A program made the position numbers and the translations under genes. The notes below the pieces were generated by a model. The model ran no database searches, had not been told where the DNA came from, and worked only from the letters and a program-made list of their open reading frames with translations. This document shows, in pieces, positions 35,826 through 45,224 of a stretch of DNA of 58,890 nucleotides. Each line of letters begins with the position of its first letter. Positions within the stretch are counted from its first letter, which is position 1. The stretch is from a virus (Duplodnaviria; Caudoviricetes), in IMG/VR virus record IMGVR_UViG_3300044606_000078, positions 1 through 58,890 of that record; one strand, given 5' to 3'.

Positions 35826-37217
35826 TCATGCGGCCGGTTCCGTCAGGTCCGGCCCCTCCGAATCGACCATTTCCAATTCCGCTTCCGCGTCGAACTCCTC
35901 CGGCAGCAGCCCCCTTCTGACCGCTTCCGCCAAGAGCGTCTTTTTGGTAATGATTCCGCCCATCTGCATCTGCATGAGGCTCTTGATGTCCTCCGCCGAC
36001 TCGCCGGGCATAGAGAACGCCCCCTGTAGCTGGATCGATCCCCCGTCCTTCAACCCGATCCATTCGGCCATGATTTGCAACACGTTCTCTAGCGCGTCCT
36101 TGACGCCGATGGACATTCGCCGGAGGTCGGAGGTCGAGTTCGCGTTGGAGATTTCGGATTCCGTCGCGGTCACGTCGGCGCCCGTCGCACGCGGCATTTG
36201 GAATTGCAATCCCTCCATCGCCATATCGACTTTCAGATCTTGGAGACGGGTCCGCCCCGCGTTGATAGCGGTTCCGGCATGTTCGAGGTAATAGAATTTC
36301 CCGCCGGGGTCGGTCATGGACAGGAACCGGAAGGGAGAAAGCACTACTTTCGGATCTTCCTCCGGCTTCCAGCCCGACGCGGCGAGGATCGGAAAACTCG
36401 CCACTGTGATAGCGTTCGCGTAGTCGCTGTAGTCCTGCCAGTAGGCGACGTTCATGTAGGCCAAATCGAGCAGCGGCGGGCGGCAGAGAAACGCGCCGGT
36501 GCGCTCGCCGTAGAGCGGGACGAGCGGTACGCGGGGCAGCGAAGTCGTTCCGTTTTCGACCATCGCCCACTCTTCCGTCTGGCCCTTGCGGACACGCTCC
36601 CAGACCTCATACGCTCCGGGAGACAGGACGCGGACCCGTTCGGCGGTCGTCTCACCGTAGGCCCCGTCCGGCACGGTCGCGTTCTCGCGGATTCGCGCCT
36701 GAATGATCGTCCGACCGTCTGGGGAGAGACGCACGCCGATGACGCTTTCAGCCGGGAGTGAGACGACATACGGTCTTGCGCCGGACGCCCGCTCGTCGGC
36801 GAGTGTGCGGATTCCGTCGGTGCGCGGGTACTCGACGAGCAGATAGTGGATTCCTTTCGATAGCGCCCCGCGCAGAGCGTCAGGGGCCATAATCGCGAGG
36901 TGGGAACCCTGCATGTCAAGGTCTTCGCAAAACTCGCGGATCTGAGGCGGCACGTCGTTCTGTAGCACGGGCTCCTTCGCAAAGATCTTCCCGGCGAGGT
37001 GCCGGACCGTGCCCTTGAAATAATTGTGGAGGATCGCTCGGGAGAGTCGGTACCGGTAGTCCTCATCCTCCTCCGCCCTGTGCTTCGGGAGGTACGCGGT
37101 CCCGGCATCCCGCATCGCCCGCGTGCCTCCAAGCAGCGCCTCGATCATGTTCCAGTCCGGCACCCTCGCGGCGTACGCAGCCGATGGCGTCGATACGTCT
37201 GTTTTGATGTCGCCCAT
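35826..37217 (-). CDS. Portal protein (DUF4055-like)
   Basis: GGTRAMRDAG..YLP...E....Y..RL.RA, PPLLDLA..N, TATE; follows terL. Confidence 0.88.
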   Translation of the reverse strand: MGDIKTDVSTPSAAYAARVPDWNMIEALLGGTRAMRDAGTAYLPKHRAEEDEDYRYRLSRAILHNYFKGTVRHLAGKIFAKEPVLQNDVPPQIREFCEDLDMQGSHLAIMAPDALRGALSKGIHYLLVEYPRTDGIRTLADERASGARPYVVSLPAESVIGVRLSPDGRTIIQARIRENATVPDGAYGETTAERVRVLSPGAYEVWERVRKGQTEEWAMVENGTTSLPRVPLVPLYGERTGAFLCRPPLLDLAYMNVAYWQDYSDYANAITVASFPILAASGWKPEEDPKVVLSPFRFLSMTDPGGKFYYLEHAGTAINAGRTRLQDLKVDMAMEGLQFQMPRATGADVTATESEISNANSTSDLRRMSIGVKDALENVLQIMAEWIGLKDGGSIQLQGAFSMPGESAEDIKSLMQMQMGGIITKKTLLAEAVRRGLLPEEFDAEAELEMVDSEGPDLTEPAA

Positions 37218-37232
37218 GCCCTCACCATCCCC

Positions 37233-38465
37233 CTATACGTGCCCTATCCAGCCGGAACCGACATGACTCCGACGGATGAGCTTGTTTAATGCGTACCTAA
37301 TACTGTCAATACAATGGTCGTTTTTCCCGTCTATCACCGGCAGCACGTCCCCGGTCACGGCGTCGGTCTTGTACCGGTACATCCGGCACTCCTCCGCCGT
37401 ATGGCGGCAACGCTCATGTACGACGATCTCCTCAAAGCTCCGCAGGTACGCTATCCCGTCCTCGACGGAGCCCTTCCACTTTTCCGCCGGTCGGATGTCG
37501 AAACCGCGCTGACGGACGTACGAGATCGTCTCCGGTCTGGCGCAGTCGGCCCAGATCGTCCATCGGCGGGATTCGGGCACCTCGTCGAACATGCTCCGCC
37601 CCGGCTCGCCCTGACGCCGGGCGAGGTCGTCTATGTCCACCCCGATCCCGTACGCCTCCCGGTCGATGTAGAGCGTCCGGTCGATGATAAAGCACCGGAC
37701 AAGCGCGGTCGGGTCTTGGCTAAAGCCCCAGTCCGCGCCGAAATAGAATCTCGCATCGTCGGGCGTCTGAAACGCGGCGACTCTGTACTTGCCGCGCAGA
37801 ATCACGGCGTCGGAGACAGTCCGCGTCTCGCCCTCCCAGACGTGCTGATAGGCTTCGGGATCGACGCGCCTCAAATACTCCATCTCGTCGCGGAGGACGT
37901 CGGGAAACCACGGGTTGTCGCGCCATGTCACTTTTTGGACGACGGAATTTGGCGGGGGATCGAGCACGAAGCGCCGATAGGTCGGGTCGTCCGCGTCGAT
38001 CGGGTTGAAGCTGATCCAGATCTCCGAACCCGCCTGACGGATCGTCGGTATCAGGACATCCCAGCTCTGCTCGGAGACGCTGACCGCCTCCTCGACCCAG
38101 CAGATGTCCACGCCCTCGGTTGATTTGATCTCCTGGATGTTGTGCCGAAGGCCTTTGAAAATGAACTCTGTCCCGTTGGCCCCGACTATTCGCGTTTTCT
38201 GGACGTCGTACCAGCGGGACAATCCGAGGTCGACGAGTTGCTCACCGAGTAGCTTGTGGACGCTGTCGGCTATGGACGTCTGATACTCACGGGCGCAGAG
38301 GATGCGGAGCTTGCGCTCGACGCCCTTGAGGAGCAGCGCGCGGGCAAATTCCCAGCTTTTGGCGCCGCCGCGTCCGCCGTAGAAGACCTTGTACCTGGCC
38401 GGGCGGAAGAGGTCTTGAAACGGCAGTGCGAACTCGATCTTTTTGGGCTCGATTTTTGGCTGCAT
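37233..38465 (-). CDS. terL: Terminase large subunit, PBSX family
   Basis: YGGRGGAKS, CARE.Q.SI.DSV, WVEEA, SFNP, GADWGFS.DP, DHCIDSIRYA; ATG at 38465. Confidence 0.95.
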   Translation of the reverse strand: MQPKIEPKKIEFALPFQDLFRPARYKVFYGGRGGAKSWEFARALLLKGVERKLRILCAREYQTSIADSVHKLLGEQLVDLGLSRWYDVQKTRIVGANGTEFIFKGLRHNIQEIKSTEGVDICWVEEAVSVSEQSWDVLIPTIRQAGSEIWISFNPIDADDPTYRRFVLDPPPNSVVQKVTWRDNPWFPDVLRDEMEYLRRVDPEAYQHVWEGETRTVSDAVILRGKYRVAAFQTPDDARFYFGADWGFSQDPTALVRCFIIDRTLYIDREAYGIGVDIDDLARRQGEPGRSMFDEVPESRRWTIWADCARPETISYVRQRGFDIRPAEKWKGSVEDGIAYLRSFEEIVVHERCRHTAEECRMYRYKTDAVTGDVLPVIDGKNDHCIDSIRYALNKLIRRSHVGSGWIGHV

Positions 38466-38712
38466 TTTTGGGTTCCTTTTTCGGGATGGATTTTTCCGGG
38501 GTTCGGACGATAATCCAAAAGCCCCGGTGATTTTGGGCCTGTAATTTCGCTCCAAACGAACGAGAACGGGGCTAGGTTGAACTTTGTGGGGCTAGGTGGT
38601 GTATCCGTACCTTTTTGCTAAGTTAGGTGCCTTGTAGGGCCTCTATGCGCGTCGTTCGGTTCGGGGTGCGCGGATTTGGGGGAGAGAGGAGCTCCTTGAA
38701 CGGCGAAGGTCA

Positions 38713-38741
38713 TTGAAAACTGACGAAAACGAGCGTATGCT
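38713..38741 (+). promoter_or_regulatory. Putative sigma70 promoter for the resolvase
   Basis: TTGAAA-N17-TATGCT. Confidence 0.5.
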
Positions 38742-38771
38742 ATTTTCATCCCACGGAAAGGGGCGGTAAGA

Positions 38772-39494
38772 ATGGCGCGAAAGGCGGGTCAGGAAGAAGC
38801 GGCAGTGCTCTACATCCGGGTCAGCACAATGGATCAGGCGGAGCACGGGGTATCCCTCGACGCACAGGAGCAGCGGCTTCGGTCGTACGCGGCGGCGCAG
38901 GGGCTTTCGGTCGTCGCCGTCCTTCGGGAAGAGGCAATCTCCGGGACCGTCCCGCTGTCCGAGCGCCCCGAGGGGCGGGAGCTGGTCGGACTCGTGACGT
39001 CCGGGAATGCGGCTCACGTCGTCGCGCTGAAGCTCGACCGGCTCTTTCGGAGCGCGGTCGATGCGCTCCAGACAACCGCCGAGTGGGACCGGCGCGGCGT
39101 CTCGCTCCACCTCGTGGACATGGGCGGACAAAGTCTCAACACCGGGTCCGCGATGGGGCGGATGATGCTCACCATGCTGGCCGGGTTCGCGCAGTTCGAG
39201 CGCGACCTGACGGCGGAGCGTACCAAGGCGGCGCTCGCCCACAAGCGGGACGCGGGCACGGCGTACTCTCCGACTCCCTACGGCAAGGTCCGCGAGGGGG
39301 AAACGCTCCGGGACGACGCTACGGAGCAGTCGATACTCGCGAGGATACGCGCGATGCGGGCGAAGGGGCTCGCGCTCCGGCGGATCGCGGACCGGCTGAA
39401 CGGCGAAGGGATCGCAAGCAAACAGGGGCGCACCTGGTACGCCTCGACCGTAGCGTACATGCTGAGACGGACGGCGGCAGAGGTGAGCCGATGA
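38772..39494 (+). CDS. Serine recombinase (resolvase catalytic domain plus short recombinase/HTH C-terminus)
   Basis: YIRVST.DQ...G.SL..Q, SG....RP, KLDRLFRS, FAQFER....ERT. Confidence 0.92.
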   Translation: MARKAGQEEAAVLYIRVSTMDQAEHGVSLDAQEQRLRSYAAAQGLSVVAVLREEAISGTVPLSERPEGRELVGLVTSGNAAHVVALKLDRLFRSAVDALQTTAEWDRRGVSLHLVDMGGQSLNTGSAMGRMMLTMLAGFAQFERDLTAERTKAALAHKRDAGTAYSPTPYGKVREGETLRDDATEQSILARIRAMRAKGLALRRIADRLNGEGIASKQGRTWYASTVAYMLRRTAAEVSR

Positions 39495-39691
39495 CAGAGC
39501 GGCTCTACAGCGTCGCAGAGGCGGCGGCAGTCATGGGGATCTCGCCCCTGACTCTGGGCGACTGGCTCAGGGCGGGGAAGATCACCGGCACGAAGATCGG
39601 CAGGAAGTGGCGCATCACGGAGAGCGATCTACAGGCGTTCATCGACGCCGGGCGACGGGCGCGGATCAGCTCCGGCACTGATCCGGAGTAG
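39491..39691 (+). CDS. Excisionase-like (HTH_17) DNA-binding protein
   Basis: LYSVAEAAAVMGISPLTLGDWLRAGKI.G.KIGRKWRI; ATGA-coupled to the recombinase. Confidence 0.85.
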   Translation: MTERLYSVAEAAAVMGISPLTLGDWLRAGKITGTKIGRKWRITESDLQAFIDAGRRARISSGTDPE

Positions 39692-39743
39692 CTGGATCCG
39701 TACAAATCCGGTCGGTTTTGTACAAGAGACGAATTAAAATATT

Positions 39744-40145
39744 TTAATCGTCGCTCTTCCTCGCGTCAACGAACGCAATCTGAATGAGCGGCGGCAGGAT
39801 CGCCTCGCCGTTCGGCCCTCCGATTCGGTCCAAAAAGTCTCCCTCGGAACGGCCGAGCAATTCAGCGGCCTTCAGACGATTTTTCATATCCTCGTCGGCG
39901 TCGCGCAGGACGGTGGTCCAGAAACTTTGTCGCTCCTGACGGTCGGCGATGCGAGCGGAAACCTCTTTTTTTTGCCTCGCGGCAATAGCCTCAGCGATGC
40001 AAGGTTTTTTTAAGTTTTCAACTCCAATTACATGCGCAGTTTTTTTCGAATAACCTGCAATCAGTGCCGCTTCAGTTGCATTCCCGCAATAAGCCTCAAT
40101 AAATGCTTTTTGCTTTACAGTCAATCCATCTCTTGTTCGCGGCAC
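39744..40145 (-). CDS. terS: Terminase small subunit
   Basis: LT.KQKAF...Y..NATEAA..AGYS.KTA..IG.ENLKKP, RLKAAELLG. Confidence 0.92.
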   Translation of the reverse strand: MPRTRDGLTVKQKAFIEAYCGNATEAALIAGYSKKTAHVIGVENLKKPCIAEAIAARQKKEVSARIADRQERQSFWTTVLRDADEDMKNRLKAAELLGRSEGDFLDRIGGPNGEAILPPLIQIAFVDARKSDD

Positions 40146-40149
40146 TTTT

Positions 40150-40460
40150 CTTCACCTCCACATACTTCTTTTTTGTCCTTATACTCTTATATATACTTTA
40201 TATCTCTACACATATAGACAAAAGACTCTATATACCAGCTATGAGCTGATACATAGAGTCTACAGTCAATATATAGTGCTGTAAGTACCACTACATTACG
40301 TAGTATATATCTAGTACTGTGTATAACTATATAGCTTTGAGGTACTCTATAGTACGCTAAAAGCCAATACCTTGTACATAAGCTCCTGTACCTAGGTATT
40401 GGCTTTGGCTTTGGTATCTAGTCTCTAAAGACCTATAGTATTAAGTACATATATATACAT
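40150..40460. other. AT-rich non-coding island with inverted repeats
   Basis: Abrupt composition change; inverted repeats at 40224-40260 and 40360-40406. Confidence 0.7.
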
Positions 40461-40490
40461 AGGCCTTGCGCTTTTTTTCACGCGTTCTGC

Positions 40491-40640
40491 TCACTCGTTT
40501 TCGGCAAGGTATTCGTCGATCAACCGGCGCACGATGATCGCGGCCTTTGTATCTTTTTTGAGCGCCACCATATGCAGGCGCTTGATTTTTTCCGGCTCCA
40601 TCAGTACCGTCAGATGGCGCATTTTTTTGTCTTCCGTCAT
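40491..40640 (-). CDS. Ribbon-helix-helix regulator
   Basis: MRHLTVLMEPEKIKRLHMVALKKDTKAAIIVRRLIDEYL; strong RBS. Confidence 0.75.
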   Translation of the reverse strand: MTEDKKMRHLTVLMEPEKIKRLHMVALKKDTKAAIIVRRLIDEYLAENE

Positions 40641-40684
40641 TTCGTTCCCCTCCTCCCCATTTCGGAGGGGAGCATAGCACAAAA

Positions 40685-40753
40685 TACCGCTATAAACAAT
40701 GCGGTAAATGAGTCTAAAGACCCATTTACATGAGCGGTATCGCGGTATATACT
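40685..40753 (+). promoter_or_regulatory. Promoter of the rightward gene cluster with GCGGTA boxes
   Basis: TTTACA(40725)-N17-TATACT(40748); TACCGC at 40685; GCGGTA at 40701, 40734 and 40742. Confidence 0.6.
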
Positions 40754-41010
40754 TTGACCATCGAGCGAGAGAGAAGCCCGAGAAAAAGGGACCAGAGAAC
40801 ATTGAAAAGTCGAAGCCTAGCCGGGACAGGCAGAAAACGCCCGGACGCGCAGGAGCGGGAGGTTTTTGAGCCGAAAGGGCGATGACCCCATGGATCGCGA
40901 CGAAAGCGCGGAGCACAAAACGAAAAACATGGGCCCGACACCCTCCGCCTGCACGCGGCGGGCCTGCGAATCTGCCGAGAGAGGGACAAAATCAGGGGAG
41001 GCGACAGAAA

Positions 41011-41283
41011 ATGACGAAAACGGTCATGGCAACGCATTTTTTCACTGGACAAGGAGTTGAGGTGACGTATGACCCCGCGAAGGTCGAAAACTTCCGTGAC
41101 GAAAGCAACCTCTCGGCGTGGGAAACATCATGGGGGACGCGGGTTGAAGTCGTGGGCGGCACATTGTACCCGACTCTCTCCCGGCACGGAGAAAACCACA
41201 TCGTTACGCGCCACAATGTTTTTCGACCGGATCCCGAGCAGTACGAGATACCGCAGGCGCCTGATTTGAGCGAATTTGTATAG
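41011..41283 (+). CDS. Hypothetical protein
   Basis: ATG 41011 with GGAGG RBS. Confidence 0.65.
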   Translation: MTKTVMATHFFTGQGVEVTYDPAKVENFRDESNLSAWETSWGTRVEVVGGTLYPTLSRHGENHIVTRHNVFRPDPEQYEIPQAPDLSEFV

Positions 41284-41416
41284 CACCAAGCCGCCTCTCA
41301 CCGGGCGGCGCAAGCCCGCACTCCCCAGCCCCCAGCCGGATAACGGCATGGCGCGGGCGGACGTAGACCGATGGGGAAAATCTCATGTGTCCGCGAGGAC
41401 GAGGGAGGAAAAGAAA

Positions 41417-41596
41417 ATGGAAGTCGCGATGCAGTACGCTTCGCTTTGCCAAGAGTCCGCCGAGATAGCCGAGCGGATAGTCGAGATCCTTCTTGACCAC
41501 CGGGGCGCTGACCCCGATTCGGTCACGTGGTCCCATGTGTCCGAAGCCGAAAGCATCCTGAATCGGCTTCGGGAAATCGAAACTTTGTGCAAGTAG
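41417..41596 (+). CDS. Small acidic hypothetical protein
   Basis: GGAGG RBS; D.V.W.HV motif. Confidence 0.65.
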   Translation: MEVAMQYASLCQESAEIAERIVEILLDHRGADPDSVTWSHVSEAESILNRLREIETLCK

Positions 41597-41616
41597 ACGA
41601 AAGGGAGGAACGAAAA

Positions 41617-41871
41617 ATGGTCACGATCACGAGCGCACGGGAATACAACCTTTGGCTCGGAAACGACGAGGGGATCTATCACGCGGCGGTCGAACTGGCG
41701 AAGACAAAACAGAAAAGCAGAGCGGGAAAGGTCACTGCGGTTGCTGCGCGCCGGTTTGTCCGGGAATGTTTTCCGGACGGCACGCCGGACATGAACCAGA
41801 TCCCGGGACGAAAATACGCCAGCGTCGATTTCAAGGCGATCGCCGACGCGATCAACGAATTTATTGAATGA
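41617..41871 (+). CDS. Hypothetical protein
   Basis: GGAGG RBS; LWL.NDEG.Y...VDF..IA motif. Confidence 0.7.
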   Translation: MVTITSAREYNLWLGNDEGIYHAAVELAKTKQKSRAGKVTAVAARRFVRECFPDGTPDMNQIPGRKYASVDFKAIADAINEFIE

Positions 41872-41974
41872 CCGCCGCAAGGCCCCGCATGTGTCCCGTG
41901 CGGGCCGGTGCAAGTCCGGCGCCCCTGACCATCGGGGCGGCGCTCATGGCAAAATCACAGGGGAGGGGACAGAA

Positions 41975-42316
41975 TTGATAGACGAGAGCAAACACGACAT
42001 CGAAACACGGTATCCCGACCACGAGTGCGTCGAAGAATTTTTCACGGTTGTCAGAGAGCAGACGGGAGAAACACTTGCCACAGAAGAGGCCCGTGACAGG
42101 TGGATTCGCAAGCTTGAAGAGAGCTGTGCCGAGAGTGAGTTCCGGGAGCTTGAGCATCAGCAGTTCCGTATCATCGGAGACTACTGGTACCACTATCGTC
42201 ACCCCCGTTCCGGCAAATTCTTTGAGTCAAACCGGTACTGGTTCGTACATTGGAGCCAGAGAGGAATTGACTACCCAGGCGGCCATCGGCCGCGTACGTC
42301 GCCCGAAGGAGAATAA
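41975..42316 (+). CDS. Acidic hypothetical protein
   Basis: TTG start after a GGGGAGGGG RBS. Confidence 0.55.
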   Translation: MIDESKHDIETRYPDHECVEEFFTVVREQTGETLATEEARDRWIRKLEESCAESEFRELEHQQFRIIGDYWYHYRHPRSGKFFESNRYWFVHWSQRGIDYPGGHRPRTSPEGE

Positions 42317-42501
42317 AGTGACAAAATGACTCCCGCCGAAATCATCGCCGAAGCGAAGCGCACGCACGCCCGGATGGTATCGGCCGGGCATGGAGACGAA
42401 GCGGACCGTGGATTGCTCGCGGTCCTTTTTCTCGCTGATCCGGATTTCCGGAAACGGGTCGAGTCGGCAACCTGGGCGAAAGCGGAGGCGGAGGCGCTCA
42501 A

Positions 42502-42786
42502 ATGACCAAAAAGGGCGAGTACGCCATACTCCACACGACGCGCCGGGCAATCAGTCACCCGGGCGGCGTCACCGAAACTCACAAATGGTCATGTGTCCGC
42601 GCCGTCGCGTGTTACCGAACCGGCGGCGTGAAGTTGTACCAGGAAGCGCCGGGACGAATTGAGATCCCGGCAGATTCATCGCGGGAGTTTTTGGACACAC
42701 CGTATCAGGACGCAGCACGGCGGATCTTCGAGGCGCAGCGGCGTTTCGAGACGGTGGACGAGCTGACGGCGGCATTGAGAGCATAG
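42502..42786 (+). CDS. Hypothetical protein
   Basis: ORF followed by two terminators. Confidence 0.6.
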   Translation: MTKKGEYAILHTTRRAISHPGGVTETHKWSCVRAVACYRTGGVKLYQEAPGRIEIPADSSREFLDTPYQDAARRIFEAQRRFETVDELTAALRA

Positions 42787-42867
42787 GGGCCTTTGGGCCC
42801 CTTTTTTGCATGGGGAGGTGCGCGACTGGAACGGAAGTCAGAAGCGGGGCTTGTCCCCGCTTTTTTT
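42786..42867 (+). terminator. Two tandem intrinsic terminators
   Basis: GGGGCC-TTTG-GGCCCC-T6 and AGCGGGG-CTTGT-CCCCGCT-T6. Confidence 0.7.
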
Positions 42868-42923
42868 GTGCCCAAATGCGGTATCATAGCCATGTGTCCC
42901 ATGTGTCCCGGAGGTGATGTATT

Positions 42924-43943
42924 TTGATCGAGATTTGCAGACCGTTGCAGGCCCTGCGCGACATCGAAGCGCAATACCCCGGCGCGTGGGATATGGCGAC
43001 GCGGGCGCGGATACTCCGCGAAAAAGCGGAGGTCCCGCACTGGCCTGACTGGTGCTATGTGCCGGTCGAGGCGTGGCTTATGATCGCGCACACAATACGC
43101 GAGTCGCAGTCAAAGCCAGATGTGTCCGATTGGATAAAAGACCTCGGGGAACTCGCAGCGCTCGGAGCGTGGCGCATGACTCGCGGGATCTATCGCTTCG
43201 ACCCTGACGTCTACACTCCGCTGGTCGAATCGGGGTATAGCGGCGACATCCCGACAGAAGTGCTTTTGAGACTCCCCGAATGGGGAATCTATATCGAAAC
43301 GCCAGGACTGACCTTTTTTGACGAATGTGTTTTCGGGGCGTTCATTTCGCTGGACTACGACCCTCCGACAAAAGCGCGAGAATTGCGGATGGTACTCGAC
43401 TGCGCATCAAATCTAGTACCCGTACCGCTTCCGTTTGAGCACAAAACCTTCGAGGAGTCCTTCAGGTCGATCAAATGGGGCGGGATAGCGCAAGACGATA
43501 ACGGAAAAATAACGACATTCGCGGCTCAAAAAATGGACATCGTCCCGCCGATCTACGGGCAAATCCTCCCGCTCATCCTGTATCTTTGCTCCGACGAGCC
43601 TGACATCACCGGGAAAATAGGACACCCGGGGAATCCGGCCCCGATTCGGACAAAACGCGGAGAGCGGCTTTTCGCCGCGTCGGGGGAAAAGGTCTGGGAT
43701 GTCGGCGTGCGCATGGGGGCCGCAATCCGGAAATGGACCAGAGATGAAACCCATCATGTGTCCGATGTGCCCGGCACGCACGCGAGTCCGCGGCCGCATA
43801 TCCGCAGGGCGCATTGGCACGGCTTCTGGAGCGGACCACGGAGCGGCAATCGGCGATTCTCGTTGAAATGGATGCCGCCCATCCCGGTCAACATGATCCT
43901 GGGCGACGAAGCGCCGGCAGTCATTCACCCCGTGCGCAAATAA
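42924..43943 (+). CDS. AcrVA2/FinQ-family protein
   Basis: LGAWRMTRGIY, PTEVLLRLPEWGIYI, LPLILYLCSDEPDIT and RPHIRRAHWHGFW match AcrVA2 motifs recalled from memory. Confidence 0.8.
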   Translation: MIEICRPLQALRDIEAQYPGAWDMATRARILREKAEVPHWPDWCYVPVEAWLMIAHTIRESQSKPDVSDWIKDLGELAALGAWRMTRGIYRFDPDVYTPLVESGYSGDIPTEVLLRLPEWGIYIETPGLTFFDECVFGAFISLDYDPPTKARELRMVLDCASNLVPVPLPFEHKTFEESFRSIKWGGIAQDDNGKITTFAAQKMDIVPPIYGQILPLILYLCSDEPDITGKIGHPGNPAPIRTKRGERLFAASGEKVWDVGVRMGAAIRKWTRDETHHVSDVPGTHASPRPHIRRAHWHGFWSGPRSGNRRFSLKWMPPIPVNMILGDEAPAVIHPVRK

Positions 43944-44175
43944 GGCCGTATTGTGTCCTGCCACTTCGCCGCTATGCCCTGTTTTTTGACAGCGTAGCTA
44001 TGCCCTTTTGTCGGGACGTGTATCCGGTCATTCCGGCGAAACCGCATAGCTTGGCGGTCAAATTTAAGGGGATGGCCATGCCTCATGTGTCCGGGCTCAT
44101 GTGTCCGCGAGCCCCATGTGTCCTGAGGGGTACTGTGCTCATGTGTCCGACAAGTTTCAAAGCCTCATGTGTCCG

Positions 44176-44349
44176 CTACTCGGTAGCCTCGCCGGACTGC
44201 GCCTTCAACGGAGCTTCGATCATGTCGATCATGACGTCGATCGTCTTCAGCGTCTCGATGCGGCCGAAGTAAAACCCGATGGTGGCGGATCCCGCAGCCG
44301 CGAACGCGAAGGCCGCCAGCAGCAGCCACAGATTCAGCGAAACGCTCAT
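44176..44349 (-). CDS. Small membrane protein
   Basis: MSVSLNLWLLLAAFAFAAAGSATIGFYFG; its ATG lies in a motif copy. Confidence 0.5.
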   Translation of the reverse strand: MSVSLNLWLLLAAFAFAAAGSATIGFYFGRIETLKTIDVMIDMIEAPLKAQSGEATE

Positions 44350-44723
44350 GTGTCCGACCTCGCATGTGTCCTGCGCTTCGGCCGGTCCACGGGGATCCCG
44401 ATGCGGTCAAGGTACCAGCACACCACGGTCAGCCGCTCGTCCCAGTTCATCGCTCGCCTCATGTGTCCGACCCCCTCACAGAAACATCCGGGACTCGACA
44501 TGTGTCCCGCTCTCTTCCATCCGCTCAGCCCATTCCCGCGTCAGCTCCAAATCTATCCGGCAGTCGTCGCGGCACAGGACCGATGCCGTGCGAGGAACGG
44601 ACGTTATGTTGAGATTCAGCACCGCGAACGAGACGCGCCGACGGGACGCGAAACGGACCAGCGCATATTTTCCGTACCCGACAATCCCCACCGCATCCAC
44701 AACCGCACCTCCGTTCAGGCATG

Positions 44724-44761
44724 AAAAAAGGCCCGGAACCCCGTTTTGGGGGCTCCGGACC
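44724..44761 (-). terminator. Terminator-like hairpin
   Basis: GGTCCGGAGCCCC-CAAAAC-GGGGTTCCGGGCC followed by T6. Confidence 0.55.
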
Positions 44762-44822
44762 GTCTGCTTAGACTATTCCATCATAGATTATATCATGCGT
44801 GTCAAGCCCGAAAACCACGTAT

Positions 44823-45224
44823 TCAGCGTGGGGAAAGTGATTCGATAGCGCGTGCGACTCGTGAAGACATGTCTTCAACGGTCCTGATGTCTTGTCCGAG
44901 GTGCGCGGCTATTTCAGACAGCTTCATTCCCTTCCGGTACCTGAGGTAGACGAAAAGACGCTGCTTCGACGTGAGCGCGGCCATGATCCGAAGGTATTCC
45001 ATGTCCACCCGCACAAGTTCGTTGCGGATGACATCCCCGTCTTTGAGCGCGGCGACAATGTTTTCCGTCGTTGTGGACGTTCGCGTTTTCTGCACAACGT
45101 CCTTGCTGTAGTCCATCCCGATGTCGTCTGCCATCGCCCGAAGCTCTTTCTCCCGCTCCCGTATCGCCATCGGCATGTCCGCACCGATTTTCAAAACAGT
45201 CGTCGCTTGTGTCCGGGTCAACAA
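44823..45224 (-). CDS. Sigma70 region-4-like late transcription regulator
   Basis: ALTSKQR.FVYLRYRKGMKLSEIAAHLG..IRTV; at the end of the replication arm. Confidence 0.7.
   Translation of the reverse strand: MLTRTQATTVLKIGADMPMAIREREKELRAMADDIGMDYSKDVVQKTRTSTTTENIVAALKDGDVIRNELVRVDMEYLRIMAALTSKQRLFVYLRYRKGMKLSEIAAHLGQDIRTVEDMSSRVARAIESLSPR

Noticed and set aside
38772-39691. Large serine integrase or IS607 element
   Set aside because: It is only 240 aa with no zinc-ribbon/coiled-coil domain, the HTH is a separate downstream gene, and there is no tnpB.
41872-41945. tRNA gene
   Set aside because: There is only a T-loop-like hairpin, with no acceptor stem, D-arm or anticodon arm.
44084-44507. 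CATGTGTCC cluster as a CRISPR array
   Set aside because: The repeats are only 9-12 bp with irregular spacing, and no cas genes are present.
44914-45224. RusA C-terminal extension overlapping the sigma-like gene
   Set aside because: The extension looks like off-frame sequence, probably a lost stop codon or an assembly error rather than a functional domain.
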